Positions 50,231 to 63,085 of a stretch of DNA of 64,000 nucleotides are shown here, in pieces; within the stretch, counting starts at the first letter, position 1, and each line of letters begins with the position of its first letter. Source of the DNA: Lytechinus pictus. Its lineage: Eukaryota. The stretch lies in assembly GCF_037042905.1 (NCBI RefSeq), contig NC_087250.1, positions 27,158,001-27,222,000 on the forward strand, read 5' to 3'. Both the position numbers and the translations under genes were made by a program. The notes below the pieces were generated by a model that was given only the letters and a program-made list of their open reading frames with translations, was not told the origin of the DNA and made no database searches.

Positions 50231-51812
50231 TAGTGCATACTAGAAAAAGGGAAACTGTTATAACTCAGTGATTTGTTCTCCTATATCATGATCATAAATT
50301 TACTTCATAAAGTGTACATGAATGAAAAAAATATACTTCTTTTTTTTTTCATTTGAGACCCGTCTAAACGTTCCTAATGCACGCATGACTGAGTTAGAAC
50401 AATGAAACGTCGTGCTACCAAATTTCCATTCGCACGTAAAATTATGTTTTTTGAGTGAGTTTTGCTGGTTTTTACTGCTATCTATTCGGAAAACGAATTT
50501 TATACCTTGAGTATAAAAATTTTCCCCCTCTTTCATACGAGACCTTATGCGTTAAAAATATGAATGACGCAAGCCATAGTCAAGAAAAAATGTTGCATTG
50601 AAACATGCTCGATTTCTTCCTATTCAATGGATCGTTGAAAAAACAAGCACTTCCTTTTCCCCCAACAAAGAAGGAAACAATCATAAAAAAGGTCGGTGAA
50701 GGAAACCCCTTTATTCAGTGGCTGCGGAAGCGGGGGAGGGGAGCCCATATCACATGGGCGTCAGAATATGTTTGATCGGGGAGGGGCGCAGCAGAAAAGG
50801 GTACGCGTACATCACTTTTTTTTACAATTGATGGGGAGAAATTCATTTTCGTGTTTTCCTTTAAATGAGTAACCCCGCCCTATCCAATATTCCACCGCCC
50901 CTACCTGGTCTTGTCATATGAAGCATATTTTTACAAGTTTTACAAATAGAATTCAAACATTACTTTCAAGCCAGCAATAATATCACACTCGCCGTGCATT
51001 CACTGGTATAGCCCGTTTTCTGTCGCTTGTTGGAAATACTCGTTTTCCTATGATCAATAGGGAGAAATCAAGCATCGCATGTCTTCAGGACACACACCAC
51101 TAACTATTTCCCCATAGACTCATGTGTTAAAAATGAGATTTGAAAAAATCGCAAAAAAAAAGTCTTAATAAGGACATCATTTAGGTTGTTCTTCCAATAT
51201 CTTTCAAACGCTAAAGATATGAAAAGGTGTTTTTCAGCATTTTTTCGCGCTACGGGGGCTCAAACCAAGACTACATGCAAACTTGGTTGCAGTGACAGTG
51301 CTCACAGGGTTTCTTGGGCAACTAATTAAGTTCCCATAAAATCCAGAATTGACAAATTACTACTCTCCCATAGGACTGAACAGATCAAGTAGTAATCCCT
51401 CTCTATGCCCATGTGAAAAAAAATGTTCAGATAGGCATTGTTTATTTCATTTGAATATTTTTTCCCAACCATTAAGGGTCTAAAGGGAGTTCCCTAAATT
51501 GCCTGATCCCATTAGTGGTGTGTGTCCTTCATGGATTTTTTTTCGACAATGTGTCAATCATATTTCATGCACAAGGTCTCATATGAAAGATGAAAAATGA
51601 ATATAAAAGTTTTGAACTTATTTTCCCAAATACATAGCAGTAAAAGCCAGAAAGAGTCTCTTTAATTCGTAATTTGCTTGTGCAAAATGAAATTTGCTAG
51701 CACCACTTTGTTCTAACTCAGTCATGCGAGCACTATGAACGTTGAGATGAGCTTCAAATGAAAGATGCGGAGCGTATCTTTTCATGGTTTCCTTTTTTTC
51801 TAGGACGCACTG
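50231..51812. mobile_element. Tc1/mariner-like non-autonomous element with long decayed TIRs
   Basis: tagtgcatactagaaaaagggaaac … gtttcctttttttctaggacgcactg|ta, with inner inverted match gcatgactgagttagaacaa / ttgttctaactcagtcatgc. Confidence 0.6.
51088..51527. mobile_element. Nested MITE with TTCA target duplication
   Basis: TIR ggacacacaccactaa / ttagtggtgtgtgtcc, TTCA on both sides. Confidence 0.8.
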
Positions 51813-51880
51813 TATATTGCACATAATTATCATCTTTGTTAGGCATGTTAGGTGCTCAAGGAACTTCTGTAGTCGGCTAA

Positions 51881-52482
51881 TTAAAGGACAAGTCCACCCC
51901 AACAAAAATTGATTTAAATAAAAAGAGAACATTCAAACAAGCAAAATATCGAAAATTTCATCAAAATCGAATGTAAAATATATGACATTTTAAAGTTTCC
52001 CTTAATTTCACCAAACAGTTATATATACATCCTCGTCGGTATGCAAATGAGGAGACTGATTATGTCATCCACTCACTAATTCTTTTGTATTTTATTATAT
52101 GAAACATGAAATATTTTAATTTTCTCCTCCTTGTCCGGTGGAACAGCAATTAATTCCTCCATGAAAATTTGGAATTAGTATTGTTTAATACTATATGGTT
52201 CAGTCAAGTTGGTCCTTATCGTCAAATCTGTAAAAAATGAAATATTGTATAATTTAAACAATAGAATATAAAATAAATAGTGACTGAGGGACATCATCGA
52301 CGATCTCATTAGCATGTCACTGATTTGTGCATATCACTGTTTTGTGAAAGTAAGCAAAAATTTTAAATGTAATAACTTTCTTATTTTACATTTGATTTTG
52401 ATGAAGTTTTCAGCATTATGCACGTTTGATTGTTTCTTATTTATTTAAATCAGCTTCTTTCTGGGGTGGACTTGACCTTTAA
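51881..52482. mobile_element. Kolobok-type non-autonomous element (TTAA TSD)
   Basis: ttaaaggacaagtccacccc … ggggtggacttgacctttaa. An extra right end sits at ~52605-52626, and the same family occurs at 56046-56640. Confidence 0.85.
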
Positions 52483-52801
52483 TGATGTTGATAAACATTA
52501 CTGAACGTAGTGGGTGCAAACACCTCAATACAAATAACTAACAAAATGTTTTTTTAGCGTTACGCTTGTCTTAATTTTCTCTACTTATTCAAACTCACAT
52601 TATTCTGGAGTGGACTTGACCTTTAAGCTAGACTACCGATTTAGGTGCTCGCAGCTTTTTGAAAAATTACCTTCTGCTGGTACCCAATTACCTAACCTGG
52701 GTTGGGTGCAGCGCAGTATGGGTAAAATCATCATTATTATTAACAAACATACTACCAAACATCCATAATTGAAGTATTTTAAACTATTATTTACGATATA
52801 G

Positions 52802-54390
52802 GTTGCTATGTGTGTCAACCTGAAAGAGATGTAACAAGAAAGCGACGCTATGTCAAAATGTCTTCTGGTCGCCCGAGCACTACCAAAGACGACGAACAGA
52901 AACAACGTGAGCTAGATGAGATGAGGAAGAAGCTGAATGAGAAACGGGCCATGTTAGAGGAAACAAAGCAAAGACACAAGGTAGTTGAATCGAAAATTGA
53001 AGCCGTTTCAAATTCATCAAGTAAGCATTTTCAAACGATCCATGGTGATATCCAGGAGACATTGGACAAAACATTACTAAAGTTAAAAGTTAAAGAAAGG
53101 GAAAATATAGAATGCATTAATGAGATAAACAAGGACGCAGATAAGCAAATAACAGACATAAATAAAAAGCGACAAAAAAGGATAGAAGCTAAAAAGGTCG
53201 AGCTAGAACGGGAACGAAAAATAATCAAAGACAATGAAGCCAAACTGTCATCATGTATAACAGACAAAGATGAAATCAGGAAAAAAGTTTCCGAGAAGAT
53301 AAGCGATGTTAATAGTAAGATTCAGGATGCAATAACGAATATTGAATTCACCATCACACGTATAAACCAACATGATGAAACATTGGTGAATGAAGCTCCT
53401 CAAGTACTTGCATCTATTGATGAAAATTTAAGTTTGAATGTTCATCAAGATGTTAGCGTCTGTCTTGACCGAATACAGAGTGAAGTTGAGAGAGTGAAGT
53501 TTGTAGAGGGGGAAGTAGGTGGAAAATACTATGGTAGAATTGATGGGTATATCAGTAATTGGGAACTTGTCAAGTCAATTCACATTCCATCGGTTGTTAA
53601 TAAGCCGTATGTGTGTGGTTTAGTCAGTGATGATGAGATATGTGTGCGAGACGTAGGTAACAATGACATGTATATTACAAACATCAACACTCAACACACA
53701 GAGAAAGTCATTGATGGAGGTGTGTGGATTACATCATGTGCGCCCATAGACAGTAACGTAATAGTATGTGGTAAGGTGAGAGATGATTGCACGGGTGACA
53801 GGTTGGATGGATGCATCACTCTCTATGACAGACAATTGAACGTGATTAGAGACATCAGCATACCAATGAATAGATACGGTTATAATAGTGTGTATGTTGA
53901 TGTTGACAGGGATGGGATGATCATCGCTGCTCAGTACAATCAGTCTAATATCTACGTCATCAATCCTGCTGATGATAAGATAGTAAACACTATTACGATG
54001 CAGGGTAAGACGGTGAGGGGTGGGATACAAGCCTTGTCATCAGGTGATATCGTTGTGAAGACAGATTATAATGAATACACTGTCGTCTCACGATCAGGAG
54101 AACGGAAGGCTGTCATGCACTGTGATGAGTACGAGTGGGGCTGGAGCTCAGAGTGTCTCGTTGACAAACTGACAGACACACTCTACATCGCGTACGTGGA
54201 TACAGTGCGTAATACCATTGCAATTGATCAGGTGTCACGTGATGGTATCATCCAGGCAAGGAGGATCGTGGAATACGTGAAATCAGATCGCACTATATTC
54301 ATGGGCCCTTGTCTCGTTACTCCTTCTGGTAACCTCGTAGGGTGTGATGGAGACAAACTTCTTATCTACAAGAAGACATTAATCTTGTAA
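52802..54390 (+). CDS. Coding exon 3 of gene B: long coiled coil + C-terminal beta-propeller (NHL/TRIM-tail-like)
   Basis: gatatag|GT acceptor in phase 1. ~200 aa E/K-rich heptad region, then beta-rich repeats (VYVDVDRDGMIIAA, IYVINP, IQALSSGDIVV, LVTPSGNLV), 529 codons to TAA. Confidence 0.85.
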
Positions 54391-56045
54391 ATAATCTAGA
54401 CTATCAAAGGAATCATATCGGATTTGTAAGAGAAATATAGACCAGAGATTTGTTTTCACTTTTACTTCCATTTCAATTTACGTCCTTCTATCTCTATATG
54501 TACGTGACTACATTCATATACACATGGCCATGGTGTGTATAATGTCGTATCAATCCATATCAAATAGAAAACTGTCGCTAATGTCCACTCCGTCTAGATT
54601 TAGGTCTGTAATGAATGCACTCAGATCCAAATGAATAGTTTACTCGAAACCTGAACAAAATAAATGCAAAATGTGTTAACGAATTGCCTACTTGAACCAG
54701 ATGGTTATTGTAGAAAGTCTTTTAGAATGGCTGAATTCAGTATTGAACGTGTTAATAACTTATTTCTGTGAAGTGAACCCGATCATTTACCAAACGACAT
54801 TTCGTTCAATTTCATTCGATGTTATTCTCCTAATAGTGATCGGGTTATTCCTCGATTAAAATTGCTCTCAATTTTAAGGTATTTGATTCGAATCAATTCA
54901 TCAGGACCCCATTTCATAAAAAAAATGTTGGCTATGAAAACAACTCTTGCTAAAATGTCAATTACCATGACAACAATAACGATTCTGCTTCCTGATTGGC
55001 TCATCCAATGAAATTTGATATTCAAACTGGAGTTGTTATCATAGCCAGGTTTTATGAAATGGTACCCTGGTTGATTTGATTTTTTTTTATTCTGTGGTAA
55101 AAAAAAAAGTGGGAATGGGTCAAAACTGTATGAAATAGAAGTTTCGTAATGTACACAACCCCCCCCCCCTCATGAAGTTAGATTAAAATAAGATAAAATC
55201 TCGTAAATAATGGTGTTTAATAGGGTTCTTGTTTAGTCTACATTCATATGACAATATGAAGGGAAAGGGATAATGTTTCCCGTATAATTCTTTTTTTCGC
55301 CAATTAAATATTCTCTAGTCATGTATAACAAAATAGGTGAGATTTTTCTCAAATATATTTAGCACACGGTATATTCATCATATTCCTGAAAGTATTGCAT
55401 CATATTACTTATTTCAATCAGTTCATTTTTCTTCGCTTGTACAACTTTTATTTTATCCTCATATCGCTTAATATTTTCAACATAGATTACTGATTAATTG
55501 TATCCCTACACGAATAATATCATCTTACACATTGGCTACCTGACTTTCAAATCTTAAGTAACAATGATATGGAAGTGAAACATTTTTTAAAAATAGGTAT
55601 TTGTGTCGACGTTCTGTAATGATGTGTTCGCATTACTACGTTCAGTTATGTTTATCAACATCATGAAATTATGTCAAATTAATTTCATTATAAAGATCAT
55701 ATGTCAATAAAAAAAAAACACATGATAGGCTAGCGTACAATGCTGTAAATAAATAAAACAGGAATCTATTTTGTTTAACAGACAGGATTAGATAATTTGT
55801 CAAATATCTGCCCATAATGTAGCTTTTGTTCGTGGTTTCATGATAATATAATATATAACTCGATTCAATCCATTTGTTTATTTTGTTTGCATTTTAAATT
55901 GTGTTTAGTGTGTAAACTGGAAGTCTATTCCAGAGGCATTAGCTAAAGTGAATATTTTTTTAGATGAAAATGGTTGTATTCTTCTGATCATAATTTATTT
56001 ACATTGTAGTAATCCTTATACATGTGCCCCCTATATCTCTCTCTT

Positions 56046-56640
56046 CAAGTTTACCCCGACAAAAAATGATTTGAATAAAAAGAGAAAAATCCAACAAGCA
56101 TAACACTGAAAATTTCATCAAAATCGGAATAAAATGTAAAATAAGAAAGTTATGACATTTTAAAGTTTCGCTTAATTTCACATAACAGTTATATGCACAT
56201 CCGGGTCGGTATGCAAATGAGGAGACTGGTGATGTCATCCACTCACTATTTATTTTGTATTTTATTATATGAGATATGAAATATTCTAATTTTCTCCTAA
56301 TAGTCAAGTGAAACAGTGATTAATTCCTCACTGAACATGTGGAATTAGCATTGTTAATACTATATGGTTCAGTCAAGTCTGTCCCTATGGTTAAATCTGT
56401 GAAAATGAAATATTGTATAATTCAAACAATAAAAAACAAAAGAAATAGTGAGTGATGGACATCATCAACTGACTCACCTAGTTGTGCATATCACTTTTTT
56501 GTGAAAAATAAGCGAAACTTTAAAATGCCATAACTTTCTTGTTTTACATCTGGGTTTGATAACATTTTCAGTGTTATGCTAGGTTGATTTAACTCTACAT
56601 ATTCAAATCAATATTTTGCTGGGGTGGACTTGACCTTTAA
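56046..56640. mobile_element. Kolobok-type element (same family as 51881), left end eroded
   Basis: Colinear with 51889-52482. Absent at the paralogous site near 14690. Confidence 0.8.
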
Positions 56641-58552
56641 CCCCCAAATTAGCCCTTTTACTGTATAATACGACATGGGTATCCATGTTGCTGTAATAAG
56701 TTGTATATAAATCGTTATTGTTCAAGGTGTGTTGTTTTAAGGTAGGAGTATATCATTTTTCAAAAGAAAAAAAAAATCCATTCGAATTTATTCTTGCAAT
56801 AATCAACTTTGTACAGGTTGAGTTTAGGTAGGGTTTATGCTTTATTTCAACTATCAATTCAATTGCTCGTTATTGTCTATATAGTATAGGTTATTCAAAG
56901 TTTGTTCCTAAAACTGGAATGGGAGAGAGTGCTATATATCAACATTTTCTTCCGGCAATATGTCAGATCTAACGACTTTCCTTGATTTTGATTGCCTGAG
57001 AAGCACTGTTACTATGGGAGCTGTTGAATGAAACGCTTGACAATCCCATCTTTGTTTTTATTTGCTCAATATTTGTTGCCTAATATATACAGCTCATTAC
57101 AATTTGCTAAATAAAATTTGGGAAACTATTGTACATAACATGCATAATAAACATTATTATGATATAATGTATATCATGATATCTATTATTTTCAAGTGTA
57201 TATTGAAGGATGAGTAGATATTATACGTTTGCTTTTGATATAATATATTTTAATTATACTTTGTTGTGAATTACTAACATTGTTGAATAGGAAAAAAAGC
57301 CAATGCTTGCTGTTGTATAGACTTAAATCAAGACGAAATTAATCTTAAATACTTGAGAGCTGAAAGTAGTCATGTGAAAATAGTTAGGAAATATCTTTCT
57401 TTACTGTGGGTTAATGTATTTAGTACATTTCGAGAAAGGTTTGCCAATACAATATATACATGATATAGTTGTATACAAATTACTGATCAAAACACCAATT
57501 ATCAACCGATCTAACTATATCTTCACTATGGGTTATCTACTACATTTCGAGAAAAGCTTACCAATCCACAATGAGTTGTATGCACATTATTCATCTAAAA
57601 ACCAAGTATCAACCGATCTGAATAAATGCTTAATATTTTTAAACTGATCGAAATCTTTGCAGTTTTTTTTAGGTCATTATCATGGTGATGGGGAGGGTGA
57701 TTTTAATGCACAAACAATCATGTAATGTTATAATCAAATAATTTTGTCAGCATAAACGAAAATAAATGTAAAAAAACCCGACTCGATATGCAGTTCATAT
57801 TTGTGATTTACAAATGATTTTATTGGACATGTAGGACTGATGGTAACAGACAAAGGGGGGGGGGGGGATGAGAAGATAAAGGGAAAAGAGAGGGGGTGGC
57901 AAAGTGGAGGGGAGTGAGAGATTAAAAAAATGGAGAGACGAGGAAAGTAAAGATGGAAAAAAAGATAGAGAGAAAAAATATATATATGAAAATAAAAGGA
58001 TAAAGAGACGGAAAGGAAAGGGATAGAAAAGATGAGAGAGAGAGAGAGAGGGGGGGGGGGGGGAGAAAGATAGAAGAAGGGGAGAGAAAAGAATGGAGAG
58101 ACAGGGTGAATACAGATGGAATAAGAGCGAGAGAAAGAGAGAAGAAGAAGAAGAACTACCGAGAGACAAGGAATGATAGAGAGAGATGGGGGAAAGGGGA
58201 CGGGGTGAATTTGTAATTGAGTTTGTATTGGTATTTTCCTTTCTTAAGAAACAAAGAAAAATTACATTACAAAGTGAAATACATCACAAACCATGTCAAT
58301 CATAAAAATTCATAACAAAATTGAAGATAGGATGAATTTGAACTCCGTAGAGATAGATCTGGCTTCGTCGAAATTAAGTAAAAGGAAACATAACTGAGGG
58401 GCTTGCCAAGAACGAATGAATTTAAGAGATAAAAAAAAATCATAGAAAAGAGTGAGAGAGAGAAAGAGGGGGGGGGGGGAGAGAACAATCCGAACGCTAC
58501 TTTTTTTTGTATCACTGGGAAATTTTGTACCATTAAATAATATTAAATTATA

Positions 58553-59183
58553 TTAAAGGGATGGTCCAGGCTGAAAATGTTCATAATAACTAAATAGAGT
58601 AAAATCCACAAAGCCAAATGCCGACAATTTAATTAAAATCGGATAACAAATAAGGAAGCTATTGAATTTTAATTTGTCTAGTTTTAAATATTTTGTGAAA
58701 ACAGTTATTTGCATATGGTCATGATTGTTCATTAGGTGGGCTGATGATGTCACATCCCCACTTTCATTGTTCTTATGTTATTACATGAAATCATACACGT
58801 TTCATTTCTTCATACATGTGCAAATGATGTGTCTCTATTACGATAAAATAGGTTGCAGCAATAAATAACTAATGCACTTGATCAGTTGCCATCCAATTGT
58901 TTTAGCTCTTGGTAGAAAAAGTTTAATAAATCTAATTTCATATAATACAATACAAAAGAACTGGCGGGGATATGACTTCATCAGCCTACCTCATGAATAT
59001 TCATAAAGACATGCCTAGAACAGTAGAACTCAGTGTTTCACCGGAATGATAATGCAAATCTTTAAAATTCAAATAACTTCGTTATTTTCTACCCGATTTT
59101 GATCAAATTTTTAGCATATTGCTTTTTGATTTTTTTTCTTTTTATTGAGATTTGGATATCTCCAGCCTGGACCATCCCTTTAA
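58553..59183. mobile_element. Kolobok-type non-autonomous element (TTAA TSD)
   Basis: ttaaagggatggtccaggctg … cagcctggaccatccctttaa. Empty site tatattaaatgtgaccatt at ~16470. Confidence 0.88.
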
Positions 59184-61018
59184 ATGTGACCATTGTGCTA
59201 CTTCTAAAAATTCAAAGAACTACGCCACTGTCATATTGAAATTATGTTCAACGCTTCACCAAAACAATATATCAAAATATAATAACACAACACAAGAAAT
59301 ACATTTAATTATAAAATTATAAAGAATAAAGAAGATTATGGCAATGTCAATTAATGAAATTGAAATGTGAAGGAACCTGCATAAAAAGCAGAGCTTTATA
59401 ATGTCTGCTGGTTCCCTAATATGGTTTGGATGCTTTGATATGGTAATTGTTTAACTGGGGGCTGGGGGGGGGGGGGGTCAAGTATATCTAACACAAAATA
59501 ATGTATACACTGACAGAGCAACGCACGTTGCTTATTGAATCATCCATTGAAAGTGAATTTCTTCTTCTTTAGAAACCACCCAGTAATGGCTTCCATAAAG
59601 TGACAGTGATCTGAAGTCGGGAATCCACCTTCATGTCTATCCATTTTACGTCAAAAGATGGCGCTCTTTCATGTCTACATTACACACACATTGAAACACT
59701 TGATGAAGATGTGATTTCTGGCATTAATAAAATCAGTTGAAATCAGAAGTCCTAGCAGTCTACAATGAAGCTGAAATGAAACGATTGATTTCCGTAATGT
59801 CAATACGCTAAAGACGCACTCCCTCACTCCTCACTTTTTTCCTTGCACAGAGCAAATATGCAACTAAATAGCTCATGAAATAAATTCGATGAGATTGAGG
59901 AATACCCCCCCCCCCCCCATTGCCCAATTGGCAAGCATACACTGTTACTTTACAAACATGCATGTCAGGTCAAAATTTTTATGCAAAAGGAAGATCAAAT
60001 GAAATATTTTCAAACTGAGAATGTCGTCTTCCATTATAATCGTTGGAGGAATCATGTCGGGGTTTTTTTGGTGAGGCACCGATCCCTCAGATATGCCAAA
60101 TAAGCTGGAGGTTTCGTGTTGAGATAGAAAGGCCAACGCAAAAAGCAGGGTAAAAACATGGTGTTGTGATCATGTATCAAGATGCTCAAAGCTACCCGTC
60201 ACAGGCTGAAAATAATATAGAGTGATACTCACTTACCTAAATGCTGAAAATTTTCATTAAAATATGATTACAAAATACTGCTGTTAGTGTATTTTAATGG
60301 GCTGGTGATATCACGTCCAGTGCCATAGAAAGGACTTTTCAAATAGCGGGTGCTGGGGGATTCGTTAAAAAAAAAATGTTAACTAGATGATGCTCGAGGG
60401 GATTTCGGTAACTAAAAAAAAAGAAGCAAAAAAAATAAATAATAATAATAAATAAATAAATAAATAAATACATATATAAATAAATAAATAAGTTTCTGCT
60501 GCCAAATGTTCCTGTATTTCAATCATTTTTTTTTCTTGTCAACTTGATGGCAATGGAGTGCTTCCTATGTGATAGCATACGCAACACCCTCTGAAAAATC
60601 ATGAGGGATGCTTCCGCATTCACCCCAGTACCCCCGCTTCATATTTTATTAAGTTATTAGATTAAATCATATTCCTCTACTATCTGAAGACTTGTTTGCA
60701 TGATAAATATATTACACATTTAATCAGTAGTCAATTCATGTTTTCCGACCTTGGTGGACGAAATTTGACGAAATATAATTTTCCAAAAAAAAAAGAAAGA
60801 ATAAGTGCGGATTAGTCTGCAGGCACAGACCCTGATTAGAACTTCGACCAACCAGTGTGCCTCCACGCAAAGACTAGCACATACAAAACTTGCTGTTCCA
60901 AGATAACCTTCAGTACACAAGGCATATAAGTAGGCTGCACATTAAGACCCTTAACTCGAGTGAAGGGTTTGCCCAGCAGACTAAGTGCGGATAGACATCA
61001 TCAACTTGTTCATTGTAT

Positions 61019-61348
61019 TGTAGCGAACCCGTCCGCTACGGTTTTTAGTTATAATGCAGTAAACGTAGATGGCGCTATAGCATTTGGTGCGTTAGAATTC
61101 AATGATCGACTTACGCAACGCACTGCGTAAGGCAGCTCTCGGAGACTATAAATAGCGGAGTTTCGCGGTGATCCCGTCACTTCGACGCTGGCAGAGGTCG
61201 AAGTCGGACGAAGAACTCCCTGAACTCCCTGCGCTCCTCTCCAACTGGGCTGAATCAAGAAAAGTTTGGAAATGAACATTGCTCGCTTAATTTCTACTAC
61301 TGCAAATACAATTCTGGATAATTGGTGACGGTGTTAAAGGTGATAACA
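61019..61348 (+). mobile_element. Possible solo LTR
   Basis: GC-richer island, TG…CA ends, internal TATAAATA, flanks TGTAT/TGTAA (one mismatch). Confidence 0.4.
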
Positions 61349-62775
61349 TGTAAGAGATGCTGAATGTATAATTAAATTATGACCGTTGTCATAAACCAAA
61401 TGTAATCATCGTCTCCAACCTGTGTGATCTATGGAATCCGATTGACTTCTACAGTATAAGCCTTCCCATAGAGATTATACAGCTCCAATAGAAATCCCCT
61501 GTAATTCTATATTTCACCTGTTCACACTACCTCTCAACACTCCACCCCCATATATTTTGGGAAAACGGAACACGCCCGGGTCTCTACATAACGCCATACG
61601 GAAACCGCTCGCATTAAGGATGGCTAGCAATTCATCAACAGATGAAGGTGATAGAGGCAAGGAACAGGCCGGCCCCCCAGCATCTAGGACCCGATCCAAG
61701 ACGGAGGGCCGCCACAGTATATTCATGAAGACATGCAGAGGCCCGTCTCATCAGAACAATGAAAGTGCTTAAAATATCAAAAATCTATCATTTCTTATCC
61801 GGTTTCAATGACATTGTCAGTATTTTAATTGTCTAATTTTACTTTTTCTATTCAAATCACATTATATCCAAGCCTAGAGTACCCCCTCTAAGCTTCCTTT
61901 CTTAGGCACGTCAACCCACATGAAATAATAATATTTGTTGACAACGAAACTACATAATTTTTATCATGTCATCTCTGCCTTCCAGAAGGTGTACGTTGTT
62001 CATTGAATCACATGGATCCTTTTAATTTATACAGTCTTTTATATATCTATATAATACACTGAAATATGAAGAGTTAATGGACGAGGTGTAATGTTTAATA
62101 CTTAATTCTTATATTGCCCCCTTTCCTGTCCAAACGACGGTGTAATATTCGCAACAATCACCCTCATGAACATTTGGTATTTGCATACTATACCAGCATG
62201 CTGACAATCACCATGTAGAAGCATGCTCATTATAACTGTAACGTTAAATATTTTTTAAATGATATGTTATTTTTCCTGTTTAACCATCCTTGTGATCCCA
62301 TACAGAGTGTTGTGCATATGAAGAGTTTAGTTACAAAAGGGGTTAGGTCCACTATGGACCATTTCGAGAAATAACATGTTTTTTATTCTCACTTATGTAA
62401 TGTTAAGTTGGTGGAATGACACTGTATATCACTGAGATGGACACGTGACTGATTGAACTCTCAAATAACAAGTTTATTAACAACCACTTAGCAACCACGC
62501 GCATGCGTAAACATATATCATAACCAGGGCCGTAGCTGGAGGGGGGGGGGGGGTATGGGGGTGTGACACCCCCCCCCCCTACATTCATGGCAGTCGGCAA
62601 AATCATGTACCAGTTGGCAAAATGGAGGATAGGGGAAAAAGAAAGAGGGAAAGAAAGGAAGAGAAAAAAAGAAAGAAGGAGAGAGGGGAAGAAAGAAAAA
62701 GAAAGAAAGAAAGAGAGAGAGAGGGGGAGAAGGGGGGGGGGGGGAGAAAGTGAGATAGAAAGAAAGAAAGAAAGA

Positions 62776-63006
62776 AATAATAATAATGATAATAATAGGC
62801 ATTTATATAGCGCCATCTATCTAGAAATATTCTATTCCGAGGCGCGTTGTTATTATTATTATCACCCCGGCTTTAGCTCGATCTGCCTTTCAGCGCTCAT
62901 GCATTCAAGGAATTAATCCTGCCAGGTACCCATTCACCTCACCTGGATCGAGTGCAGCACAATGTGGATAAATTTCTTGCTGAAGGAAATTACGCCATGG
63001 CTGGGA
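62776..63006 (-). mobile_element. 5'-truncated SINE of the 25090 family inside a (GAAA)n tract
   Basis: Reverse complement of the core tttatccacattgtgctgcactcgatccaggtgaggtgaatgggtacc, with a (TTA)n tail. Confidence 0.75.
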
Positions 63007-63007
63007 T

Positions 63008-63009
63008 GA

Positions 63010-63052
<43 letters not shown>

Positions 63053-63053
63053 T

Positions 63054-63084
<31 letters not shown>
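63008..63084 (+). repeat. (GAAA)n microsatellite
   Basis: Direct inspection. Confidence 0.95.

Positions 63085-63085
<1 letters not shown>

Noticed and set aside
61557..61772. Short ORF MASNSSTDEG…
   Set aside because: No domain and no clear splice support. Probably a repeat remnant.
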